From Macrostomum lignano (Eukaryota), in NCBI GenBank assembly GCA_002269645.1, contig NIVC01003096.1:55663-119662 (forward strand): 64,000 nt of DNA, read 5' to 3'. Positions 46,523-57,136 of the stretch are shown here, one piece after another. Position 1 is the first letter of the stretch. Each line of letters starts with the position of its first letter. A program made the translations under genes and the position numbers. The notes under the pieces are model-generated. The model was not told the origin of the DNA. It worked only from the letters and a program-made list of their open reading frames with translations, and ran no database searches.

Positions 46523-49500
46523 ATGGCCAGACTCTTGCTGCTGCTCATTACAGCCGCTGTCTGCACAGGTAAATTGGCATTCTGCTCGAATAGCAATTAG
46601 CAAATGCACTTCATGCAGCTCAGGTGACCATTCTCGCATTGCAGACGGCGGCCTCGCCATCAGCTGCTTCAGCCGCAGCGGAAGCACAGACGAAAGCAAC
46701 CGGACTGCGATTTCCTGTGGAGACTTCCCCTACTGCTATTCGTATTCGAAAGGCCTCGAGGTAAGGTCAAATGAGAAATGTCACAGAGTGGCTTGTTTGG
46801 CTTTGACTTCACTTTTGATTTACCGTATCTGCCGTCGTTTTATTCAAGTACGCGTGCACTCATAAGGACAGCTAAAGCAGAAGGGGTCGGTTGTGGTTTT
46901 ATTCAAGTACGCGTGCACTCATAAGGACAGCTAAAGCAGAAGGGGTCGGTTGTGGTTTTATTCAAGTACGCGTGCACTCATAAGGTCAGCTAAAGCAGAA
47001 GGGGTCGGTTGTGGTTTTATTCAAGTACGCGTGCACTCATAAGGTCAGCTAAAGCAGAAGGGGTCGGTTGTGGTTTTATTCAAGTACGCGCGCACTCATA
47101 AGGACAGCTAAAGCAGAAGGGGTCGGATGTGGTTTTATTCAAGTACGCGCGCACTCATAAGGACAGCTAAAGCAGAAGGGGTCGGATGTGGTTTTATTCA
47201 AGTACGCGCGCACTCATAAGGACAGCTAAAGCAGAAGGGGTCGGATGTGGTTTTATTCAAGTACGCGCGCACTCATAAGGACAGCTAAAGCAGAAGGGGT
47301 CGGATGTGGTTTTATTCAAGTACGCGCGCACTCATAAGGACAGCTAAAGCAGAAGGGGTCGGATGTGGTTTTATTCAAGTACGCGCGCACTCATAAGGAC
47401 AGCTAAAGCAGAAGGGGTCGGATGTGGTTTTATTCAAGTACGCGCGCACTCATAAGGACAGCTAAAGCAGAAGGGGTCGGATGTGGTTTTATTCAAGTAC
47501 GCGCGCACTCATAAGGACAGCTAAAGCAGAAGGGGTCGGATGTGGTTTTATTCAAGTACGCGCGGAAGCACTGAGGCACTGAAGCACGGGCTGGCAGTGC
47601 AGCAGCGCTGTGGCCCGAGTGTCAATGGGCGTGGCTGCACGAACCAGACGTGGTCAAGTTGCATTGTTGGTCAGTCCGCGCATCAGTGCCGTATAGCAAT
47701 GCACTGGTGATTGCTGATTGGCGCACAGAGGAAGTTATGAAAACACAGTTAGCCCGTGTTCTTGAATTTTGCATGCCTTCGTTGCTCCATTTCGGGGCGG
47801 CAAAAATCGTCAGGGGTTCCCTCCCTCCTTGGCTGCTCTGCTGTACAGTGGAATTCGCACAGCAGTGCGAAAAGCAGCCAGAAATTGTTTCCATGGTTAA
47901 CAACTTCCGATCAGTCTGTGCAGAGTTTTTATTGCAAAAAATTTATGGGCTTTGATGCGAAATGAGCACACGAAAGACTGGCAAGCCACAGCTGTGAAGA
48001 AAGTGGATAAAGGATATTGGTAAATTGAGTTGAGTTGAGTTGGTGATGCTGTGAAGTCATCTTTCTTAGTCTTTGGTTCTGAGAGTTTACAGGCTTTAGA
48101 AATTGAAAGAAATTGAATTTGAAAGAAATAGATTATGAAGCAGGCGGCAAATCTTCTAGCAAGATTGAAATTTTCAAGTTTCTCACCGAACTGAGCTCTG
48201 CTTGTCGCGTTCGACACTTTTTGATTTGCACTTCGCGAAATTCGATTCCTGTCTGTTTCACCTCTGCTTCGTAAAGTTTTCTTAGCAACTTGTGAAATAC
48301 CATCAGAGCTGTCTATTTTAATAATTTTACGCGCTTTCAGCGTTTTGCCGGCTGCAGCAGCTGCACCGGGCTCCAAGAGTACTATTCTGGTGGATGCAGC
48401 AACACCATCTGCACGTTGGGAATGGACTGTCAAGTGTGCAGCTCTGACTTCTGCAATACGGTCTCTCCCTCAAGCATCAGCTGTTTCTACCGCAGTGGCG
48501 TGCACTACAGTGCAAATGACAATGGAACGAAGGTCACATGTCATTCTGGGTGGCCACCTGTTACTCGTACATGTCGGTAAGCTGCATCAGCACAGACGCA
48601 CCTCAGCAGCACATCGACTTGCTTTCAGCTTAGATCTTTCACACCATTTTCATTCACCCTCAACTCCCAGGGATCGTCCAGCTACGCTGGCTGCGGTGAC
48701 TGCCGCACACGGGACGATCCCTCGTGCGTCACATGCAACTCTGCGTACTGCAACACAATGGCCTCATCGGCCATCAGCTGCTACGCTGGCTCCACTGGGC
48801 TACCCGGTGGACCCGGTGGATCACTGAGCAATGGAACTGCGGTTGCATGCCCAACAGGAGTCACGTCGTGCTTCTCCTATCGCCGTCTTGGAACTTCTTC
48901 TTCTACGAGTATCAGTGTGAGATGCTCTTAAGAAAATTTGCTACATATGCTCGTAATTTTCAATTAAGGTACCAATCGAAGCCATCTCCCCGATAGTGCA
49001 GACAGTACAATGGCTGGCAAGGACTAGTTTAGTGCTGCTTGCAGAATCAGTGATCGCATTTTCAGGTATCGAGCACACATCCTGTCAATACAATGGCTAT
49101 CTCAGTATGCTATGAGATAGTATGCCATCTCAACAGTAGCATAGTAGCACTTTAGTTCGCCCTGGTGAATGAATTGGATCGACCTGGGGCCAGGGGCAGA
49201 ACTTTTCTGTATTAACCCTTTGCCCTTGCTGGTCTCAGAGACTGAAGGAACTTCAGAGGCTGCCATCATACGTCATAGCGGGTGCTCCGTCATTTCCCAC
49301 TCTAGCGAAGTGAGGGCTCTGGCATGGTGATCGGGAGGGCTTGAGCAAGCACAGAGCTGCCTACAGCTAATTGGTGATCGGGAGGGCTTGAGCAAGCACA
49401 GAGCTGCCTACAGCTAATTGGTGATCGGGAGGGCTTGAGCAAGCACAGAGCTGCCTACAGCTAATTGGTGATCGGGAGGGCTTGAGCAAGCACAGAGCTG

Positions 49501-52500
49501 CCTACAGCTAATTGGTGATCGGGAGGGCTTGAGCAAGCACAGAGCTGCCTACAGCTAATTGGTGATCGGGAGGGCTTGAGCAAGCACAGAGCTGCCTACA
49601 GCTAATTGGTGATCGGGAGGGCTTGAGCAAGCACAGAGCTGCCTACAGCTAATTGGTGATCGGGAGGGCTTGAGCAAGCACAGAGCTGCCTACAGCTAAT
49701 TGGTGATCGGGAGGGCTTGAGCAAGCACAGAGCTGCCTACAGCTAATTGGTGATCGGGAGGGCTTGAGCAAGCACAGAGCTGCCTACAGCTAATTGGTGA
49801 TCAGGAGGGCTTGAGCAAGCAGAGGTCTATAGCCAAAGCTGGGACTCAGCTTAGTGCGTCTATAGGGAATCTGCAACCCCAACCAGAAGACTTCAGAGGA
49901 TCCTTAATCGCTATGATCAGCGCACGTAGCAGTACTTGAAGAAGTACTTGGAGCATGTACTGTATGCATGATTTTCAGATGCTCAGTGCAAGAAGGGTTG
50001 CGCATTCGGGGGTTGCTCTGCTTGCAGACTTCGCAATTCTTCGCAACTCAAGAAGCTGCCAGGCGTCCTCATCCGAATTGCATTTTGCCTGCGTGCTGCT
50101 CCCTCAGATGCCGTCAAGTGGGCAGCCATGGGTTTCCGTAAATACAAAACTAACTCTGAAGTCCAATGTTCCGAAATTTTGCAGTTCACTTCTGGCTGCG
50201 GTGCCTGCAACTCCACTGGTCAACCGGCATGTGCGACCTGCAGCACCGACCTGTGCAACACGGTCACGCCTTCAGCCATCAGCTGCAATATTCAAACACA
50301 TTATGACTCGGTCGTTATGTTTAGCCACGGAAACGCGGTGGCCTGTCCGTCTGGAATGACTTCCTGCTACTCAACCATGGCTTCGGTATGAGCTGTCTGG
50401 GTTGGAGTTTGCTTTGCTCTTTTATATTCCGCATAGACATAAAAACGCTAAGAAGTTCATTGCACTTGGACACCACAGAATACATACAACGCATTATACG
50501 ATTACGGCTGCGGAAGCTGCAGCGCAGACGCCATGCCATCCTGTGTGAACTGCGCCACCGACAACTGCAACACGGCTGACAGGAGTGGCCACACCTGCTA
50601 CAGCCTCTTGTCTAATCATGGCTATACGCGTGCCATTACTGTGGCTTGCACCGGAGGAATTAAAAGCTGCTACACTCTGACCAAGCCGATCGTAAGTTAT
50701 TGATAATTCTGCAGCTGGCCAGATATCATTGTGAAGGCTTAGCTCGTTTAGCCTTTCATGGCGAGTTGGGGGCTTTTTACAGACCATTGTCAGGCTGAAT
50801 TATAAATATTGACTATGCGACCCCATCCTATTCGGGGCAGACAGCGAAATCCCAGTTATGGAAATCCCAGTTATGGAAATCCCAGTTCCAGTCAGTTAAA
50901 TTTTCTGTCAATAAAGACATTTTCCTGTCAGAATTAGGCTCGCATTAAACCACAGAAATTCAATACACAGGGAAAACTCTAATCTCCCTGTCAGAATCAT
51001 TCCCCATCAGCATCTTTTCCTATCAGCATCATTCCTATGAGCATCATTCCCCATCAGCATCATTCCCTATCAGCATCATTCCCTATCAGCATCATTCCCC
51101 ATCAGCATCATTCCCTATCAGCATCATTCCCTGTCAGCATCATTCCCCTCAGATGATCAACAAAAAGGGGTCAGAATCAAGTGCTCATTGAATTGAGCAA
51201 GCTTTGATCACAAGCCAGCAGCGGTCATGTGAGCTGGCCTTTACCCACTTCGCGTCCTTTCAGACATTTTCCAATAATCAATTCGAGACACCCGTGAGCG
51301 GCTGCGGCGTCTGCACCCCCACATCAACTGCTCTCTACGGCTGCATCTCCTGCAACACCAGCAACTGCAACGCACCTGCCAACAGTGGCGGCAGCAGCCT
51401 GCCAGCCACCCTCAGCACGCCGCCATCAAACGCACCTGCCAGTAGCAGCAGCAGCCTGCCAGCCACCCTCAGCACGCCGCCGCCAGGTCAATCGAACCCA
51501 ACAGCGAATCCTGCGATCACCGCGTCGGGCATCGGCTGCTACCAGAGCTTCAGCAAAAATAAGAAAACAGAACAGCAGAAAACCAGCTGCCCATCCTACA
51601 GCAGCTGCTTTGACTACACCTTCAAATCCGGCTCGGACAGGGTGAGTCCTGCGGCATTTGGTGTGCTGGTGGGCCCACACGTCAGAACCCAATGCAGTTC
51701 CACCCACCAGTGCCACACTGCACCCTGCCACACTGCAACCCCAATCCTGCCACACTGCACCCCTGCCACACTGCAACCCCAATCCTGCCACACTGCACCC
51801 CCACCCCTGCCACACTGCAACCCCAATCCTGCCACACTGCATCCCCACCCCTGCCACACTGCACCCCCACCCCTGCCACACTGCAACCCCAATCCTGCCA
51901 CACTGCATCCCCACCCCTGCCACACTGCACCCCCACCCCTGCCACACTGCAACCCCAATCCTGCCACACTGCACCCCTGCCACACTGCACCCCCACCCCT
52001 GCCACACTGCACCCCTGCCACACTGCACCCCCACCCCTGCCACACTGCAACCCCACCCCTGCCACACTGCACCCCCACCCCTGCCACACTGCAACCCCAA
52101 TCCTGCCACACTGCACCCCCACCCCTGCCACACTGCATCCCCACCCCTGCCACACTGCATCCCCACCCCTGCCACACTGCACCCCCACCCCTGCCACACT
52201 GCACCCCACCCCTGCCACACTGCACCCCCACCCCTGCCACTGCAGTTTTACATCTCCGGCTGCGGCAGCTGCCCGTTCAGCGGAGGCAGCGACGGCTCCA
52301 CCTGCCGCACCTGCCACTCGAACTACTGCAACTCGGCTCAGAGCCGCATCACCTGCTACTCCAGCTTCGGCGGCAGTCGGAAGGATAAAAAGGAGCTGGA
52401 CTGTCCTTCATCCACCAGCTGCTTTCACTACAGCTACTCCTATAATTTCGGCATGACTGAGGTGAGCTCGCACTCGAAAACTCTTCATAGAGAGTGGCAA

Positions 52501-52706
52501 AAAAATCACAAAGCCTCTATTTTCCCCTGCTTCATCAGTTCTTCTTTGCCGGCTGCGGAAACTGCTCGTTCAGCAGCGACACCACGACCTGCCGCACCTG
52601 CTTCACCGACCTCTGCAACTCCGGAAGCCGGCTGGGAAGCCGCGCCTTCACCGCCGCTGCCGCCGCCGCTGTCGTTTTCTGCGTGATGCTGCTGAGCTAC
52701 CGCTGA
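46523..52706 (+). CDS. Secreted, probably GPI-anchored protein with seven tandem Ly6/uPAR (three-finger)-like Cys domains; ~606 aa, 9 exons, one apparent frameshift in exon 3
   Basis: Exons 46523-46568 (signal peptide MARLLLLLITAAVCT), 46645-46760, 48341-48576, 48671-48916, 50185-50385, 50479-50691, 51264-51641, 52246-52461 and 52539-52706. Repeats follow xCY..C..SC(F/Y)|..GCxxC..CxxCxxxxCN. The last domain is followed by CNSGS and a hydrophobic tail. One G appears to be missing at 48548-48551 (TCT GG[G] GTG GCC ACC TGT TAC). Confidence 0.85.
46835..47565. repeat. 59-bp minisatellite, ~12 copies, in intron 2 of the Cys-rich gene
   Basis: Unit gtggttttattcaagtacgcgcgcactcataaggacagctaaagcagaaggggtcggat. 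Confidence 0.95.
49326..49822. repeat. 47-bp minisatellite, ~10.5 copies
   Basis: Unit ggtgatcgggagggcttgagcaagcacagagctgcctacagctaatt. Confidence 0.95.
51710..52244. repeat. C-rich ~22-bp minisatellite running up to the exon 8 acceptor
   Basis: Unit cactgcacccccacccctgcca; the last copy ends cactgcag|. Confidence 0.93.
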
Positions 52707-52888
52707 CAGCTGCTGAGCTACCGCTGACAGCTGGCTGAGCTACCGCTGACAGCTGCTGAGCTACCGCTGACAGCTGCTGAGCTACCGCTGACAGCTGCTG
52801 AGCTACCGCTGACAGCTGCTGAGCTACCGCTGACAGCTGGCTGAGCTACCGCTGACAGCTGCTGAGCTACCGCTGACAGCTGCTGAGC
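52690..52888. repeat. 21/22-bp minisatellite containing the stop codon of the Cys-rich gene, ~9 copies
   Basis: Unit gctgagctaccgctgacagct. Confidence 0.93.
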
Positions 52889-53175
52889 TGAGAAGCTATA
52901 CAGTTATACCTAGATGACTCTGTAACTATAAGTGTTTTTATAACTATTATAACTATTTTTTAATATCGACTACAGAATGTTTAGTGCCACATGCGTGAAA
53001 AAAATTGAATTTTAGTATCCTAGTAAATTCCGCCGTGAACTGCTTTGCACCTGTATTTGCTCAACTCGTTTATTTCTCGTATAGTTTTATGTAATTGTGG
53101 TTTATATATAGTTTTAATTTCACGAACAATTTATAAAATGAGTTTTCCTTTTTGATATTGAAAACATAATTGATC

Positions 53176-53981
53176 TGAGCGATTCCCCATCACCTGAGCG
53201 ATTCCCCATCACCTGAGCGATTCCCCATCACCTGAGCGATTCCCCATCACCTGAGCGATTCCCCATCACCTGAGCGATTCCCCATCACCTGAGCGATTCC
53301 CCATCACCTGAGCGATTCCCCATCACCTGAGCGATTCCCCATCACCTAAGCCATTCCCCATCACCTGAGCGATTCCCCATCACCTGAGCGATTCCCCATC
53401 ACCTGAGCGATTCCCCATCACCTGAGCGATTCCCCATCACCTGAGCGATTCCCCATCACCTGAGCGATTCCTCATCACCTGAGCGATTCCCCATCACCTG
53501 AGCGATTCCCCATCACCTGAGCGATTCCCCATCACCTGAGCGATTCCCATCACCTGAGCGATTCCCCATCACCTGAGCGATTCCCCATCACCTGAGCGAT
53601 TCCCCATCACCTGAGCGATTCCCCATCACCTGAGCGATTCCTCATCACCTGAGCGATTCCCCATCACCTGAGCGATTCCCCATCACCTGAGCGATTCCCC
53701 ATCACCTGAGCGATTCCCCATCACCTGAGCGATTCCCCATCGCCTGAGCGATTCCCCATCACCTGAGCGATTCCCCATCACCTGAGCGATTCCCCATCAT
53801 CTGAGCGATTCCCCATCACCTGAGCGATTCCCCATCACCTGAGCGATTCCCCATCACCTGAGCGATTCCCCATCATCTGAGCGATTCCCCATCACCTAAG
53901 CCATTCCCCATCACCTGAGCGATTCCCCATCACCTGAGCGATTCCCCATCACCTGAGCGATTCCCCATCACCTGAGCGATT
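53176..53981 (-). repeat. 19-bp minisatellite (gagcgattccccatcacct), ~42 copies
   Basis: Reverse complement of the 45127-45289 unit. Confidence 0.96.
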
Positions 53982-54229
53982 CTAACTATTTCGACTACCA
54001 TTCCGTCCCTGGACTTTGCCTCTCGACTTTTGGACCAATAAACATGTACTTTGAACATTAAATATTAAATATTGATTGAATTTACCCCAAAAATTTTGTA
54101 TTTATTGCCGTTCTCACTCGTTTTTTCGCTCAAAAATAAACCTAGCCTGAAGATGCACAGTTTCGTGCGAAACGCGTCGCTATAAATTTAATGTTAACTT
54201 TCGCCTTCCTATTTCCCTTTCCAGTCTTC

Positions 54230-54680
54230 TCCTCCAGTCTCCCCCTCTGCCCCTCCAGTCTCCCCTCCAGTCTCCCCTCCAGTCTCCCCTCCAGTCTCCC
54301 CCTCTAGTCTCCCCTCCAGTCTCCCCCTCCAGTCTCCCCCTCCAGTCTCCCCTCCAGTCTCCCCCTCCAGTCTCCCCCTCTAGTCTCCCCTCCAGTCTCC
54401 CCCTCTAGTCTCCCCTCCAGTCTCCCCCTCCAGTCTCCCCCTCTAGTCTCCCCTCCAGTCTCCCCCTCCAGTCTCCCCCTCCAGTCTCCCCTCCAGTCTC
54501 CCCCTCCAGTCTCCCCCTCTAGTCTGCCCCTCCAGTCTCCCCCTCCAGTCTCCCCTCCAGTCTCCCCCTCCAGTCTCCCCTCCAGTCTCCCCCTCCAGTC
54601 TCCCCCTCCAGTCTCCCCCTCCAGTCTCCCCCTCCAGTCTCCCCCTCCAGTCTCCCCCTCCAGTCTCCCCCTCCAGTCTA
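54230..54680. repeat. Pyrimidine-rich 13/14-bp minisatellite (ctccagtctcccc)
   Basis: Direct inspection. Confidence 0.95.
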
Positions 54681-54791
54681 TACTATTTAGACTCGCGTTG
54701 CGGCCGCTGAGTCGGCATAATTTTGGCAAAATATGTTTTGCCTGCCTGATTTGCCAAGCAGGGCATTCAAAATGGACTCCATGCAGGCAGC

Positions 54792-56295
54792 ATGACCGTG
54801 CAGGCCCTCAAAGATGCCTTACTCGAGAAGGCCCTACCGACAGGTGGCAGTAAAGCGGAGCTGATAGGCCTCCAGCTCGCTGCAAGCCGGGCCGAGCGGC
54901 TCCCAGCGAGCATGAGGCTTACGGCGGCGACGACCAGGACGAAGCTGACGTGCGCCAAGCTGCGCCAGCGGAGGAGGCGACAGAGGCGCAGATTCGGCAG
55001 ACTCAGAAGCGGATGGAGCTGCTGAAGCTGCAGAAGGCTGAGGCCAAAGCGACGAGAAGAAGTGCAGTCGATCCGCGGTGGCTTCGCATCGCCCCAGCCA
55101 GCCAGAAGAGGAAATCTTCGCCAGCCAGCCTGTTCGGTGACCAGAGCCGACAGCCGAGGCTTGATTCGGCCGGAACACAGCGGCCCCCTCAGCGCTGCTC
55201 ATCCCAAACTTCCTGGCCGAGAGGCAGCGGTCGGGAGGATGGCTGACGCAGAACGTCAGAGGGCTGACGCAGGAACACCAAATGGCTGACGCAGGAACGT
55301 CAGAGGGCTGACGCAGGAACGCCAAATGGCTGACGCAGGAACGTCAGAGGGCTGACGCAGGAACGCCAAATGGCTGACGCAGGAACGTCAGAGGGCTGAC
55401 GCAGGAACGCCAAATGGCTGACGCAGGAACGTCAGAGGGCTGACGCAGGAACGCCAAATGGCTGACGCAGGAACGCCAAATGGCTGACGCAGGAACGTCA
55501 GAGCGCTGACGCAGGAACGTCAGAGGGCTGACGCAGGAACGTCAGAGGGCTGACGCAGGAACGTCAGAGGGCTGACGCAGGAACGTCAGAGGGCTGACGC
55601 AGGAACGCCAAATGGCTGACGCAGGAACGTCAGAGGGCTGACGCAGGAACGCCAAATGGCTGACGCAGGAACGTCAGAGGGCTGACGCAGGAACGTCAAA
55701 TGGCTGACGCAGGAACGCCAAATGGCTGACGCAGGAACGTCAGAGGGCTGACGCAGGAACGTCAGAGGGCTGACGCAGGAACGTCAGAGGGCTGACGCAG
55801 GAACGCCAAATGGCTGACGCAGGAACGTCAGAGGGCTGACGCAGGAACGTCAGAGGGCTGACGCAGGAACACCAAATGGCTGACGCAGGAACGTCAGAGG
55901 GCTGACGCAGGAACACCAAATGGCTGACGCAGGAACGTCAGAGGGCTGACGCAGGAACGTCAGAGGGCTGACGCAGGAACGTCAGAGGGCTGACGCAGGG
56001 TCGCTTGACTCTGAAAGGCGCAACGCCGAGCCTGTCCGGAGTCAACTTCGGCCAGAGGGTGGCTGCCAACAACGCGCGCATCATGCAGCGGCTGCTGGTG
56101 ACCGGCCAGCTGGTGGCGCCCGGTGACAGCCAGACTGCAAGAGGCTGAGCGCCAACTCAACTTCAACATCTACGCTCGTGCATCGGCAAGCTGCTCCAGT
56201 ACGACCAGCACGTGAGGCTGCAGCAGCACTCGCGACAGAGTGACTGGGACAGCCCCGAGCTGAACCTCATCATCAAGCATATGACGGCGCCATGA
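54792..56295 (+). pseudogene. Decayed SAP-domain gag-like ORF fragment (possibly DIRS/Ngaro-type), frameshifted and split by a minisatellite (55240-56000)
   Basis: SAP-like MTVQALKDALLEKALPTGGSKAELI, a charged coil EATEAQIRQTQKRMELLKLQKAE, and downstream IGKLLQYDQHVRLQQHSRQSDWDSPELNL, which resembles the YD..R...W segment of DIRS-like gag. Multiple frame breaks; no RT or recombinase seen. Confidence 0.4.
55240..56000. repeat. Compound minisatellite (ggctgacgcaggaacgtcagag / ggctgacgcaggaacgccaaat)
   Basis: Two alternating 22-bp variants. Confidence 0.93.
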
Positions 56296-56617
56296 GACCT
56301 GCGAGCTGCTGGCCCAGTGGCGGTCAGTCAAGGAGTCCAAGGTCACCAGAGCAAGGGCCAGCTGTCATCCGCTGGTCAGGTCAGGTCATCTGCGGCCTGT
56401 TCAGATTCCTCCTGCTTTCACTTGGTGTCGGGGTTCGCTTCCCCTTTCTGGCCGGCTGTGCCGGTCTTTTCTGCCCTCGCTTTTGCTCCGCGCGTTCGTC
56501 TTTTGGGGTTCAAATAGTCGATAGGGCGTTACTGTTAGACAAAATCAGTAACAGTAAAGCCCAGCTGGATCAATCAGCCACATCAAGGTGAGCTAATCAT
56601 AGTTCAATAGTTAAGCT

Positions 56618-56948
56618 TGCACCAACCTGCACCAACCCACACCAACCCACACCAACCTGCACCAACCTGCACCAACCTGCACCAACCCACACCAACCCAC
56701 ACCAACCTGCACCAACCTGCACCAACCTGCACCAACCCACACCAACCCACACCAACCTGCACCAACCTGCACCAACCTGCACCAACCCACACCAACCCAC
56801 ACCAACCTGCACCAACCTGCACCAACCTGCACCAACCCACACCAACCCACACCAACCTGCACCAACCCACACCAACCTGCACCTACCCACACCAACCTGC
56901 ACCAACCTGCACCAAACTGCACCAACCTGCACCAAACTGCACCAACCT
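56618..56948. repeat. 10-bp repeat (accaacctgc/accaacccac)
   Basis: Direct inspection. Confidence 0.95.
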
Positions 56949-57136
56949 GAAGAAACCCTGCAAAAGGAAAAAGAGCATTCTAAAGCCGAGTACAACAACA
57001 GCACTGTTATATTTTCATTTAACATGCGCGTGAACTACAAATGGATTAAGATGGGATTTCTGAACTTTCTGTCTGTTTGCTTCGGACCTGCTTCGAATCA
57101 CATAAACGTTGGTCGAATGGTGCCCGCACAGCGGCT

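Noticed and set aside
49212-49222. TTAA-CCCTT piggyBac-like left end
   Set aside because: No matching AAGGG-TTAA right end found nearby
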